DNA of 31,423 nt from NCBI GenBank assembly GCA_001179505.1, contig CDMY01000682.1, positions 1-31,423 of the forward strand. Direction: 5' to 3'. Positions 9,714-20,808 of this stretch are shown here, one piece after another; position 1 is the first letter of the stretch, and each line of letters starts with the position of its first letter. The notes under the pieces were generated by a model, which saw nothing but the letters and a program-made list of their open reading frames with translations, searched no databases and had not been told where the DNA came from. The position numbers were made by a program, and so were the translations under genes. Origin of the DNA: Vitrella brassicaformis CCMP3155 (taxonomy: Eukaryota > Protista > Chromerida).

Positions 9714-10989
9714 TCAGCTTTTCTCTCCCTCTTTCTCTTCCACCGGCGAGCTCAGCAGCTTCCCAAAACGGTGCCGGTTGTCTAGGAAGATGGATTGCCT
9801 GGCGTCACACCAGCCATCGCCAACCCCCCTGAGCCGAAGTGCGTCCTTCTCCTTGTAGTCATGCCGCAGCAGGATGCATGAAGACCAGCACTTGGCAGGC
9901 CACAAACCCGGACGCTCGCAGCTGACCAACTTGTCGCGGTCCTCCTCGTGGTAAGAGCCCCTGAACGCTCCATTCTTGAACGCGGCCTTGTCGACGCCGA
10001 AATTGGCCTGGCCACTGTCGCTCACGGCCAAAGGCACTGCTGCCGGCAGCTCGTCTTGCACCAGCTGCGCAACGAGGTCGTGCTGCTGCACGATGAGATT
10101 GTTCTCGAGAATCAAGAGATGTGACGCGTTGACCTGGCGCATGAGACGCGACGCCTCCTTGTGGGCTGCATTGCCGCTTGTCGCCTCTACGTGCTCATGG
10201 GCTGCTGCAAATCTCTGCTTGAAGCTCTCATCAAGCTGCAGATCGCAGGACGGGCCGCTCGATACGAAAATGTCCGTCTTGCTGTAGTCCACCTCCATTG
10301 CCATGAGCCCCTCAACGAACTCACTGTTGTTGCCGGTCGGGTGCGCACAGATCACCGCCAGGACCATCCTTGGCTGTTCATATGGTGACGCGCTCCTCTC
10401 GTACCATACTGACCCTTCTTCAAAGCTCCACGCCCCAGCCTGATATGGCGGACCCAAAACACAACGAAATAGACACACAGACAGACAGGCAGACAGACAG
10501 ACAGAAATGGTGTCGTCATGTTGACGGATGTCGCTGACCTCAAGTAGCCTCATTTGGTGGTACAAGGGCCTGCCACCGCCGTTTCCGTGGAGCACTGCCG
10601 CGGCGTCCTTGCCATCAGTACGGGCAAAGGTCAGCCCATTCACCATTCCCTCTCCATCTCGCGAGCGGTAAGTGGCGGGCGCGAGCATCCACTCCTCGGG
10701 GTTGACTCTTGTGAGAGTCTGGAAGAGCAGACGCTCATAATCCAGCTTAACTGTCACCCCATGACCAACGTCCTGCTCCAGGAATCGGTTGGTAAAGAAC
10801 AACTGATCGTCCTCCCGAGGTGGATACTTATCCAGGCACAAAGCGAGAGCACCAGCACGACCAGCATAGCCGCCGGAGTTGAGATATCGGTACGCATTCT
10901 CTACATGAGATGGCGGCATGGGATACTTGTGCTTGAGGTGCCACTTGGGCCATATTCCGAGCTCGCTGTGGCAGCAAATAGAGACATAC

Positions 10990-11024
<35 letters not shown>

Positions 11025-11804
11025 GAGTACAAAGCGCTCTGGCTGGCCCGTTTTCGTGCAATCTTTTGGTTAACTGAAGTGGCCCACACACCTGGAAACG
11101 ACAATGGTCGTGTTGTCATTGTCGGGTATAAGCAGACGCATGCGCCGCTCCAGCTCTTCGTTGGGGATCCGCACCAGCGTATCATACCTGCAAGAGATAT
11201 CAAGTAATCAGCCTCTTTCTTGACGAGCTTTTCCACACCCACCCATCAGTGAAGATAACCAGCAAGTCTGGGTCCTGTCTCCAAAGCCATCGCCTCATGA
11301 TCTCGAGTTTGGCTTCTTTCCCGCCCTTTGTCTGATCCTGTCCGAGGGTCAGAAAGTGTACGCCGTAATAACTTGCTGAGAAACCACACACACAGAGGGT
11401 CAGATTGACGGACTGGCAGGGAGCAGGCGGGCAAATGCAGATAAGAGGCGTTCCGACCTGATCGTGACAATGCCCGATAGCCTGGGTGCTCTGGGTTCTG
11501 TCCTATAGTGACGAGAACAAAGGCTGGAAGAGAGCCGTTGACATGTGACACCACCAGCTACACCAAACATAAGCAGTCCAAATAAATGTGCATCGCATTC
11601 TGCGCAGCTCACTTGATCTACAGGCACTTCCCGCTGCTTTGGCGCTGGTCCGGCCCCTGACGTGCACACGATTCCCCTGAGGCTCGAGCTCAGCCATCCC
11701 CGCGAACTCACATACACGCCGACAAAGGAGGAAATGAGGAAGACGCCCAGGAACGCCGCGGCGAAAAGCAAGGCAAAACGAGAAGCAGTCGCCTGGGCCT
11801 GCAT
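9714..11804 (-). CDS. PLOD/LH3-type glycosyltransferase (GT + accessory domains, no lysyl-hydroxylase domain) with N-terminal signal anchor; multi-exon
   Basis: Spliced product: MQAQATASRFALLFAAAFLGVFLISSFVGVYV (TM) ... FVLVTIGQNPEHPGYRALSRS ... GGKEAKLEIMRRWL..LVIFTDG-YDTLV ... SSELGIWPKW ... RYLNSGGYAG ... DDQLFFT ... LDYERLLFQTL ... VLHGNG ... IFLDNRHRFGKLL. This follows the conserved motifs of the PLOD N-terminal GT and accessory domains. The stop comes ~12 codons after FGKLL. Confidence 0.85.
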
Positions 11805-12200
11805 ATCCGGGCACGAGTCAAATGTGTGAAAGAACTTACAGAGGCGGCACAGGGGAGCCAATCGATGGCAGTGAGAGAGTGGCAATGATGACCGTCATTG
11901 GCAACGTGCGGCTGCTCGGTGCCCGTACAGCTGTTGTAAATTCACTCATCGGATATCTTCTCCTTTACTGCTTAATCAAAGCCGGATCACAAGCCGGATC
12001 ACAAGCCGAGGTAGAGAGAAGGTTCCTAATTCCGTCCAATGCGTCGTTGGCGCCGGCCTCTCTTGATCGGAGGCGGTTCATCGTGGAGGGCGCTGTGCGT
12101 CCGTACGGGGGCAACTCGAGTACATGCATCCCCTCCCAGGGGCGCTGCACGTGTCGGAGCTGACGTCAATTGCAGTCCGGTGATGCGCAGCAAAGATGAG
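11528..12200. repeat. Inverted duplication of the PLOD-like 5' end, shared promoter and ASST 5' end; partner ~28330-29042
   Basis: ORFs 11400..11885(-) and 28684..29058(+) are identical up to TCQRLSS. 11822..12163(+) matches 28367..28747(-). Confidence 0.92.
11805..11884. promoter_or_regulatory. Putative bidirectional promoter (PLOD-like / ASST copy 2), ~80 bp
   Basis: Divergent ATGs at 11804 (-) and 11885 (+). The same sequence is duplicated at ~28685-28764. Confidence 0.4.
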
Positions 12201-13291
12201 ACACTCGTTTCAGTGTGCGTGTATGTCCCGTTTGTCTGTGTATGTCCCGTCAGGGAGGGCGATTTGGTCATCCCTACTCAGCTCGACACACTCTTTGATG
12301 TGGAGGGCCGGCAGAGCGGCAAGGTGGATGGCCGCGTTATCCTTGCACGCGACAACAAGACGGTGCTCTTTTATCCTCACAAGCCATTCGTCCCTGGCGA
12401 CAACGTCACAGTCCAGCTGCGGCCCGGCCTCCGAGTGCGGCGCTCTGACAACGGCAGAGAGGAGGAGGCGGGCGGACACGAATGGCAATTTCACATCAGA
12501 GGCAAAACCGAGTCGATCGGCGAAAGGGATATTTGGCCGCACTCGTATTATAGGTTGCACGATGGAAAGCAGGAGGCTGAGAAGCAGCCGGCGCCGATGG
12601 ACCGATACCGCACGCTGCCGACGTGGTCAGCCAAGTGGAGGCCATCAGCCGAGGGGGAGAAGGCGGCCTTGGAGAGGAGGAAGGAAGACATTGACACGGG
12701 GGACGAGGAGCTCTATTTCTTCGGCGTTGGACGGTATTTTGCAGACGAAATCGGCCAGAGCGTCATCACCACTCGAGAGGTACGTCATGTGTCCATCTGC
12801 ACTGATAGGTGACGCCGATGTATCTTGCTGTATGCACATGTAGGGTGACTTGGTCTGGTGGACTCAAGAGGTGGGGAAGGGGGGCGGCATGCTCGGGGTA
12901 ACGCCAAGGGGCCATCTAGTCCACTGGGACAAACAGCCTAACGACACGGCCGAGACTGCATACGAGCTGAATTCGACTTATCAGGTGGTCGACAGGCACC
13001 AGACCGGTATGCAGACGATGTCCTGCGCGGGACGGGGCCAGACGAATGTGTCTGCAGGTCATGGATATCAGCTGGACCGTCACACCATCTCCTTCGACGG
13101 CGACAGCGCCATCTTGGTGGCCTACACTAAGACCAACGGCACAGTTCACAACGGTTTGCAAGCACAGAGCTGCTTGTCTCATCTTTTGACACATCTCTTC
13201 TTCTGCTGTGCAGTGGTGCACGTTCTCGACGCTGACAAGTGGGCAAACGGGAGGACGATTGTCTCATTCATGTACGGACCGCTACGTGTTG
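11885..13291 (+). pseudogene. ASST copy 2, 5' part; frameshifted, truncated at N gap
   Basis: tacgggggcaactcgag versus tacggcggcgggcagctcgag in copy 4 is a 4-nt loss that shifts the frame in exon 1. The signal-peptide Met of copy 4 (MPSSC) is absent. 12696-13291 appears identical to 5778-6373. Confidence 0.7.
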
Positions 13292-13591
13292 NNNNNNNNN
13301 NNNNNNNNNNNNNNNNNNNNNNNNNNNNNNNNNNNNNNNNNNNNNNNNNNNNNNNNNNNNNNNNNNNNNNNNNNNNNNNNNNNNNNNNNNNNNNNNNNNN
13401 NNNNNNNNNNNNNNNNNNNNNNNNNNNNNNNNNNNNNNNNNNNNNNNNNNNNNNNNNNNNNNNNNNNNNNNNNNNNNNNNNNNNNNNNNNNNNNNNNNNN
13501 NNNNNNNNNNNNNNNNNNNNNNNNNNNNNNNNNNNNNNNNNNNNNNNNNNNNNNNNNNNNNNNNNNNNNNNNNNNNNNNNNNNNNNNNNNN
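13292..13591. other. Assembly gap (300 N)
   Basis: N run. Sequence after the gap restarts within the Ig-like exon. Confidence 0.98.
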
Positions 13592-14620
13592 CTGGCGACA
13601 ACGTCACAGTCCAGCTGCGGCCCGGCCTCCGAGTGCGGCGCTCTGACAACGGCAGAGAGGAGGAGGCGGGCGGACACGAATGGCAATTTCACATCAGAGG
13701 CAAAACCGAGTCGATCGGCGAAAGGGATATTTGGCCGCACTCGTATTATCGGTTGCACGATGGAAAGCAGGAGGCTGAGAAGCAGCCGGCGCCGATGGAC
13801 CGATACCGCACGCTGCCGACGTGGTCAGCCAAGTGGAGGCCGTCAGCCGAGGGGGAAAAGGCGGCCTTGGAGGGGAGGAAGGAAGACATTGGCACGGGGG
13901 ACGAGGAGCTCTATTTCTTCGGCGTTGGGCGGTATTTTGCAGACGAAATCGGCCAGAGCGTCATCACCACTCGAGAGGGACGTCATGTGTCCATCTGCGC
14001 TGATAGGTGACGCCGATGTATCCTACTGGAGCGCAGCACGACCGCCTTCGAGGAGATCGTCACACTGCAGGAGCTGGTCGACACCATGGCGGCCCGGAAC
14101 GTGACTCTGACGACAGACAGCAACGCCAACGCGACCGACGTGGCCTTGTATGTGCGGGTGGTGCAGGTCAAGGGCGACAGTGAGCTGCTCAGGCCATCCA
14201 AGGCACTCAAGGGTATGACGGCCACACGAAATGTAACACAGACCATGCTGGGTGTGTCGCTGTCTTTGTCTGTAATCAGTGCCGCTGGTTGTGTCGTCTC
14301 GCGACGAGGAGAGTGGTGCTGTGAGTTTGTCCCCTCCCCTCTCTGCAGTGGCCTGCCGCTGCTACCAGCCCGACATCGGCCTGAGGGAGCACCTGGGCAG
14401 ACCAAAGCCGGAGCGGGAGAGCCCCGTCGTCGACATGGCGGCCGTCAGTGAGTGCGCCAGGGAATGTGCCGACAGCGACAAGTGCGAGACATTCTTCTTC
14501 TTCGAAGACACCGGCGAGTGTGAAATGAACGAGAAGAACTATGAGAGCCATCGAGAGCTGCACTCGCTCGGAGGGGTCGTCTCTGGGCTGTCAGCGTGCG
14601 TACAAGAAGAACTGGCCTGA
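13592..14620 (+). pseudogene. ASST copy 3 with ~1.7-kb internal deletion of the catalytic domain; keeps Ig-like and PAN segments
   Basis: Junction gccgatgtatc-ctac-tggagcgcagca at ~14022-14026 joins copy-1 position 5906 to 7616. The splice donor GAG|GTACGT has become GAGGGACGT at ~13979. Confidence 0.8.
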
Positions 14621-15245
14621 CATCTTGAAAAAGGCCGGCATTGTGTCAGGACCTTTTGTTTTCGACATTGTATGGCATTTGACGTGTGTGGTCCTCGGAT
14701 GTCAGAACTGCTGAGGGAAGAAACTTGATCCAGCAACTGAGCTGCCCTAGTGTTACCAGCTGACCTGGGGAGGGGCACAGAGGGAGGAAGACAATGACGG
14801 GTGCTGTTGGTCCCCTTTGCATCGTGACGGCAAAGTCATGCCTGCCTGTCTGTCTGTCTGCCTGCCTGCGTGTCTGCATGGGAAGCGTTGTTTTTCGCCC
14901 TCCTTGTGTGCCGACACTTTGGGTCTGCAAGGCGGGAGTAGAGGAGAGGAAGAGAGAATGAGGAGTCTTCGAAAGCATGCAATGCCATGCCATGCGATGA
15001 AGCGCCACGCCAATGCCGGACGTGACGCGCACATTCTGATGAGTGCCACGCGTGTCTCCCTCCCTCTCGTCTCCGCTTTATGGCCCTCCGCTTCTGTGTG
15101 AGATGAAGTGTGTATGTTTGTTCTCCCTCGTGCCTCGTGTGGGAATTGGAAGGCTTGTCTGTCTGCTCGTGAGACATTTGCGGGACCGCATCAAGTTGAT
15201 AATTAATTGAAGAGGGTCGAACGCTGAAGGCTGCCGACTGACGTC
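14026..15245. repeat. Inverted duplication of ASST 3' end and 3' flank; partner ~24832-26055
   Basis: The copy 3 C-terminus (ESHRELHSLGGVVSGLSACVQEELA*) and ~620 bp of downstream non-coding DNA match the reverse complement of copy 4 and its flank. Confidence 0.9.
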
Positions 15246-15931
15246 GCTTCAATACTTCATTATTCGCACACGACGCATACTTACTTCACGTGGAGAACGA
15301 CATATGTGGTTGTCTCGGGCGGCAGCCAGAAATGCTTTTCCGCAGGGGGACGTAGTTGCGGATCCTCCTGGCCATCGGATGGGCCTCGACTCCCTTTCAA
15401 TCTACTTCCACCGGCCACGTGTGAGTGAATCAGGAGCACACGCACCCTTCGGGGTGAAGGACTGACGAAAAGCTTTTGCTCCTTGCCATGTTGACAATGC
15501 CTTTGGCATCCGAAGAAGTTCTATGGCACTGAGGGCCTTTATGATCAGTGGCGTCGTGTGGGTGGGACCGACTCATGATTGACCTGTCAGTGGCATCTGG
15601 GGATTCATTTGGGGAAGAAACCATACAGCGTCCCACGGTGTTCGCATCACAAAATACTGCCATTCGATACTAATGTGTTGTGTAGGCAGTAGCGGGCGGA
15701 GAACCACACACACACACACACACGGAGACATTCGCATATTGGGGCTCACGCTCCTCCCTTCACCAAAATGGGACCCTTTTGGGTTCCATTCAACAGACAA
15801 GAGGACTGACTGACAGGCGCAGCATCAACCAAGAGGGGCATGCATCAAGCACCACATACACGAAGAGGGACGGCAAACACACGAGAAAATGGGTGAGAAG
15901 CAAAGAAAGACGAAAGACTCTCAGGAAGAAA

Positions 15932-15972
<41 letters not shown>

Positions 15973-16242
15973 ACACGAAAGAGCTTTAGAAACGACTGTC
16001 TGATGCAAATGTGTGCACGCAGTATGACAATGTTGACGGAACAGCAGGTGTTGGGATGCCTGTCACGTCATAGACAGCGACGGCTCTCATACGAACACCT
16101 TTGATGCTGCCATGCATGCGTTCACGCAATCACTGAACCAAAGCAGCAAACGGCAGACTGAGAAAAGGACCTCACGCACTCATCGACACGGCAAACTACA
16201 TGGGGCGACTAACCAAGCTGACCAGCTGACTTGAAAAACCGC

Positions 16243-17681
16243 TCACATTCTCCAGCCGGACCCTTCATTGCTGAGGAACTTCGCCTTCTCTGAAGCGGGA
16301 ATCGTGACTGCAGGCACACACATCCATACGAAGTCATCCACGTGGCTGTCCAAGTCTAGTTGCCTGTTGTCGACAGCTTACATTGCACTTCGATGTCCTT
16401 GCCCTCGATGTTTGCGTTGAAGGGGATGGCGGCGAGTGTGAATATTCCCGGCGAGCCGATGGCCTCATTGGCGGCTTTGGTGAAGGGTGCTTTCAGAGCC
16501 ATTGTCTCCCAGCCAGCGGGCGGCTCGCTGTTGCCGAAGGCCGTGAATGCTTGGTTCTTGGCGCCCTGGGTGGCCCTCTCGAGATAGGGAGGATCTCGTA
16601 TGCTGAGCAGCAAGGCCATCAAATTGTGCGTGTGAGGACGTGTGCGTGTGTGTGGGTGCCTTACGTGTCCCAATCCATGAAGTTTCCCTTACACACCACA
16701 CACAACAGAGCCAGAGCAAACACGTATCATCAAGTACGATTCATAAGTGTCTCTGCCCACTTGGTAGTCAAAGAGGAGGAACTGGACGGCTGTGACGCAG
16801 GCCGACTCGGGGACGGCCGTGAAGGTGAAGTNNNNNNNNNNNNNNNNNNNNNNNNNNNNNNNNNNNNNNNNNNNNNNNNNNNNNNNNNNNNNNNNNNNNN
16901 NNNNNNNNNNNNNNNNNNNNNNNNNNNNNNNNNNNNNNNNNNNNNNNNNNNNNNNNNNNNNNNNNNNNNNNNNNNNNNNNNNNNNNNNNNNNNNNNNNNN
17001 NNNNNNNNNNNNNNNNNNNNNNNNNNNNNNNNNNNNNNNNNNNNNNNNNNNNNNNNNNNNNNNNNNNNNNNNNNNNNNNNNNNNNNNNNNNNNNNNNNNN
17101 NNNNNNNNNNNNNNNNNNNNNNNNNNNNNNNTTCTATCACCTTGGCGCTGCCCTCGGACTGCCCTCTCTTGACGTCCACCAGCTGGAAGCCGGCAAGGGA
17201 CGGAGTGACATCTGCAGACAGAGCAACACAACGACGACGAGTACGCTAGCTCTGATGTGTGCCATGTCCTGCTTACCTGCGCAGTCTGCTTGGAAAAGGA
17301 ACCACCCGGACAGACACACCCACATGCACACCAAGGTTCCGTACAGACAGGGCCCATTTTCGTCGTCTTTCTGTCACTGGTGTTCGCACCTTCGGTCGTT
17401 GCACCTTCCTCGCTCAGCGTCGTGGCGACGTCTTCCACCACCGCCATGGGCACTGTGTGGCCTTTCAGCCCGATGAGTTTTTTGAGCACCTCGAGGATGG
17501 CCTCAAGAAGGCCGTGACCACCGATTTTCAGGCCGTCACCCTTGTCAGCGCCGTCACCCTTGTCAGCGCCGTCATCCTTCGGTTCCTTTGTCGGGTCCTG
17601 CTCTTCCCATTCGTCTGCTGCGACGGCAAGCCCGACCAGGGCGAAGAACAGAAAAGTGAGCGAGAGAAGTCGGCACTGCAT
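16243..17681 (-). CDS. Unknown secreted protein, copy A2 (spans N gap)
   Basis: MQCRLLSLTFLFFALVGLAVAA|DEWEEQDPTKEPKDDGADKGDGADKGDG. It has the same downstream exons, including the 23-nt micro-exon ggaaacttcatggattgggacac. The last exon after tgcag| reads FTIPASEKAKFLSNEGSGWRM*. Confidence 0.7.
16832..17131. other. Assembly gap (300 N)
   Basis: N run. The paralogous interval 4103-4145 implies only ~43 bp are missing. Confidence 0.98.
17534..17576. repeat. 18-bp coding tandem repeat (~2.4 units; DGADKG)
   Basis: gccgtcacccttgtcagc gccgtcacccttgtcagc gccgtca. Confidence 0.85.
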
Positions 17682-17920
17682 GAGGGGCAGGCGACGCGAC
17701 AGAAAAGAAGCAAGGGATACCAAATCAAAAGGACCAAAAGAGGATACGCGCGCTTTATGTAAATCTGTGGATGCGTAAATGCATGCGCCGTTGGGCTGGT
17801 GTTATCTTCATCATGAATGCCCCATATTTTCATGTCAAAGCGTCCCCCCCTCCTTCTGCCTCGGTGACTGTTTATCGAGCGAAGGCTTCCCATCCACCTG
17901 GCCCTTCTTTGGCTGGGAGA
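17682..17920. promoter_or_regulatory. Putative bidirectional promoter (A2 / GT43), 239 bp
   Basis: Divergent ATGs at 17681 (-) and 17921 (+). Confidence 0.4.
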
Positions 17921-19230
17921 ATGACCACGATGCTCGCCGTCGCCGCTCTTCTGATGGCGGGCCTCCTGGCCTTACTGGCGCCCTTCTCGATGGTGGTGCT
18001 TGTCCTGCGCAGCCACCAGCAGCCCTTGACGGGCGGTCTAGCCGGTCTCACAATCCCAGTGCCGAAGACCTTCGAGAGTGACAGCCACGAGGAATTTCTG
18101 GCCTTGCCGCGGTCCGCTGCTCGGCCTTCGCTTCATCCCGTCTACTCGTCTTCCCCGTCCCTCTCTCCCACTCCTTACTGGCACCCGCACGTACGGTGGG
18201 TTTTCGTCATCACTCCCTCAAAACAGCGCTACACGCAGCGAGTCGATTTGGTGCGGCTCATGAACACGCTGTCCCACATCGACAACTTGCATTGGATCCT
18301 GGTCGGTCACAAGGAATGGCGGAAGCGCACAGTGGCTTTGTGTATCGTGTATGTCGCATTGATGTGTTTGTTAGGTGGAGGACAACGTCAAGCAGTCTCC
18401 CAAAGTGGATCGGTGGCTCAACGAGAGCAGAGTCCAGCACTACACGCACCTGTTTGCGCCGTCCAGGGCCAAGAAGCGCATGAAGGTCAGAGGGTCACAG
18501 CAGAGGAATCGAGCAATCCTCCATCTCAAGAACATGATCGCAAACGAGGAGGACGAGGCGCTCAAAAAGGCATACCAAGTGAGCGAAGTGGGGGCACGTT
18601 GGGGCGCTGCATTTGCTGCTGTGTCCCTGTGTATCTGTGCTGTCACGCAGGAGGGTGTCGTTTACTTTGCTGATGACGACAATGCCTACAGTCTTGCCCT
18701 CTTCGACGAGCTGCGGCGCGTCAAGTCGATTGGTGTCTGGCCCGTTGCCTTCACCGCCGGCCGTTACGTCGAGCGATGCATTCTGAACGAGACCACCGGC
18801 CACATTGCCTCCTATCAGGCGTGGAATGTGCGTAGAAACACACCCACTCACGCGAACGCGTCTCGGCACGAGTCCATGTGCATGACTCTGTCCCTTGTGT
18901 TGCGTGCAGTCCACCGGACGTGCCTTTCCGATCGACATGGGGGGCTTTGGCATCCACACCAGACTATTCCTCCCCGAGAATGCCTCGGCCGACCCGCCCC
19001 TGTTTGACATGCGAAGCAAGCACGGCCAGCTTGAAAGCGACTTTCTCGGTCAGTTTGGCATCCCCCTTGCCGATTTGGAGCCGCTGGCCGACAACTGCAC
19101 CAAGGTATTCGCACGACCACGCTCGAATTGACTAACCTGAAACGCTATGTGGGTATAGGTGAATGTCTGGCACGTCAAGACGAAGATCGACAAGATTGAC
19201 AAGGATATCGACTTGGCCATCGACGTCTGA
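17921..19230 (+). CDS. GT43 family glycosyltransferase (B3GAT/GlcAT-I- or IRX9/14-like), type II membrane protein; exons ~17921-18301, 18375-18578, 18651-18827, 18910-19104, 19159-19230
   Basis: N-terminal TM. Motifs [114 protein letters not shown]. All five exons join in frame. Confidence 0.93.
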
Positions 19231-20498
19231 GGACCTTGGTTAAAGCCGCGTGTGTAGTCTCTATCAATGCAGGGAGGCTTTGGACGTGTGTGTGAGTCTG
19301 GATGTACGCGCACTAAGCCCTTGAGCAAGTCAGAGGGGAGTGGAGGGTCGGGGACCGACAGAAAGAGTCTGGTCAAACGAGATCCGTAGCAGTGTTTTTC
19401 CAATGGAAGCCACGAAAGCACATCAATATTTGTCAGCGTGTGTCGTCCGATTTTATAGATTAGAGGGACGCGCACAGTGAGAAATGGAGGGTATGTACAG
19501 GTTTTTACAAGACCCTCTTTTGGACACCTGCTGCATACACGTATAGAGAGATAGAGAGAGATGTGGTTGTCAGTCGTCTGTATTCTTTCGCGCTAGACTT
19601 ATGGAGACTTATCCTTTCGTTGCCTGCTTGGCCGTCTGCGGGCAAAAAACGCAAGCAGACGGCCAAAAAAATCAAAGGGCGCACACCACTGCGCCCCGCT
19701 TGTTGCCCTTTTGCCTGCGGTGTGATGTGTGTATGCAGACAGCTCTTGATCATGCGTGCATATTGGTTTGCGCACGTGTGCTGTCAGTCTATGTCGACGC
19801 TGTGTGCGATCCTTCATGTCTCTGTGTCCATGTGTATACATACGAATACTTGCTTGTGTGTGTCTACATATGTACGCATGTCTACCAATTCAATTAATGT
19901 GGGATCGAAGCAAGACAAGATCGAATACACACACGTACAACGACAACCAGTATAGAAGCGGAACGAACAGACAATCATCTGTCTATATATCAGGACGCTT
20001 CTGAAGCGTCACTCAGCACTAGCTACTGATAGCCACAAGGCCGCTTTTCAAGCCCCCCTCTGCCTAGGCATGCTGTTTTTCAGTTGCCTTCACCTGTAAG
20101 GTCACAGGTCACGCTTGGTGTCTTCCGGTTGCCTTCGCGCGGATACGTGTCGAGACAGATGGATGGATGCGTGTCGAATCAGTTTCCATTTGATCCACCA
20201 CTTGATGTCAGTGCATGTCAGTGCATGTCAGTGCAGCCGTCCATACATCGATGACAACATACACACACACTCTCACGCTCACAGACTCACACGCACACAC
20301 AGGCAGTCAGGTTGGCAGGCAGGCAGGCAGGCAGACACTTCGGGAGACAGACAGACGTGTCGTCAGCCACTCATGCAGACACTTGTCCATTCACTCATCC
20401 ATCCAATAGTCACCAGTAAGCCGACCGTGACCCAACAGACAAAACCAACACAAACACCATCGAAACTTTGGTGTGAGACGAAAATTGCACCAAACGTG

Positions 20499-20556
20499 AA
20501 TGGATGGATGGATGGATGGATCCATACATCCATCATCGATGGATCCATACATCCAT
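20499..20556. repeat. (GGAT)n / (ATCC)n self-complementary microsatellite
   Basis: gatggatggatggatccatacatccatc is a near-perfect 28-bp palindrome centred on ggatcc. The ggatccatacatccatcatc unit repeats immediately. Confidence 0.75.
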
Positions 20557-20570
20557 CATCATAACTAACA

Positions 20571-20606
<36 letters not shown>

Positions 20607-20808
20607 CGGACTAGCAAACTCTAAGCTGACACACACATGCGACACTGGAAATGGCTGGTTGAGCCCTTACATCACTCTGGGTGCTTTAACGCAGATGTCG
20701 ATGCTGTGTCGAGAAAGGCACAGGGCGAGAACAGTGGATGATCGCGAGCAACACTCGCATCTGAAGCAACCAAGACAGACAGATGATGCAGTGAGTTCAT
20801 GGGTAGGG

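Noticed and set aside
10161-11207. Plus-strand ORFs (up to 217 aa) antisense to the PLOD-like gene; similar shadows occur over ASST, GT43 and GT47
   Set aside because: These are antisense shadows of GC-rich coding exons with no independent motifs.
11981-12007. 12-bp direct repeat gccggatcacaa x2
   Set aside because: A local slippage duplication in a frameshifted copy, not an array.
15290-15700. Coding-like GC-rich stretch on the minus strand (…PPAEKHFWLPPETTTYVVLHVK*)
   Set aside because: No recognisable family, stops in all frames and no convincing exon chain. It could be a decayed gene fragment but cannot be supported.
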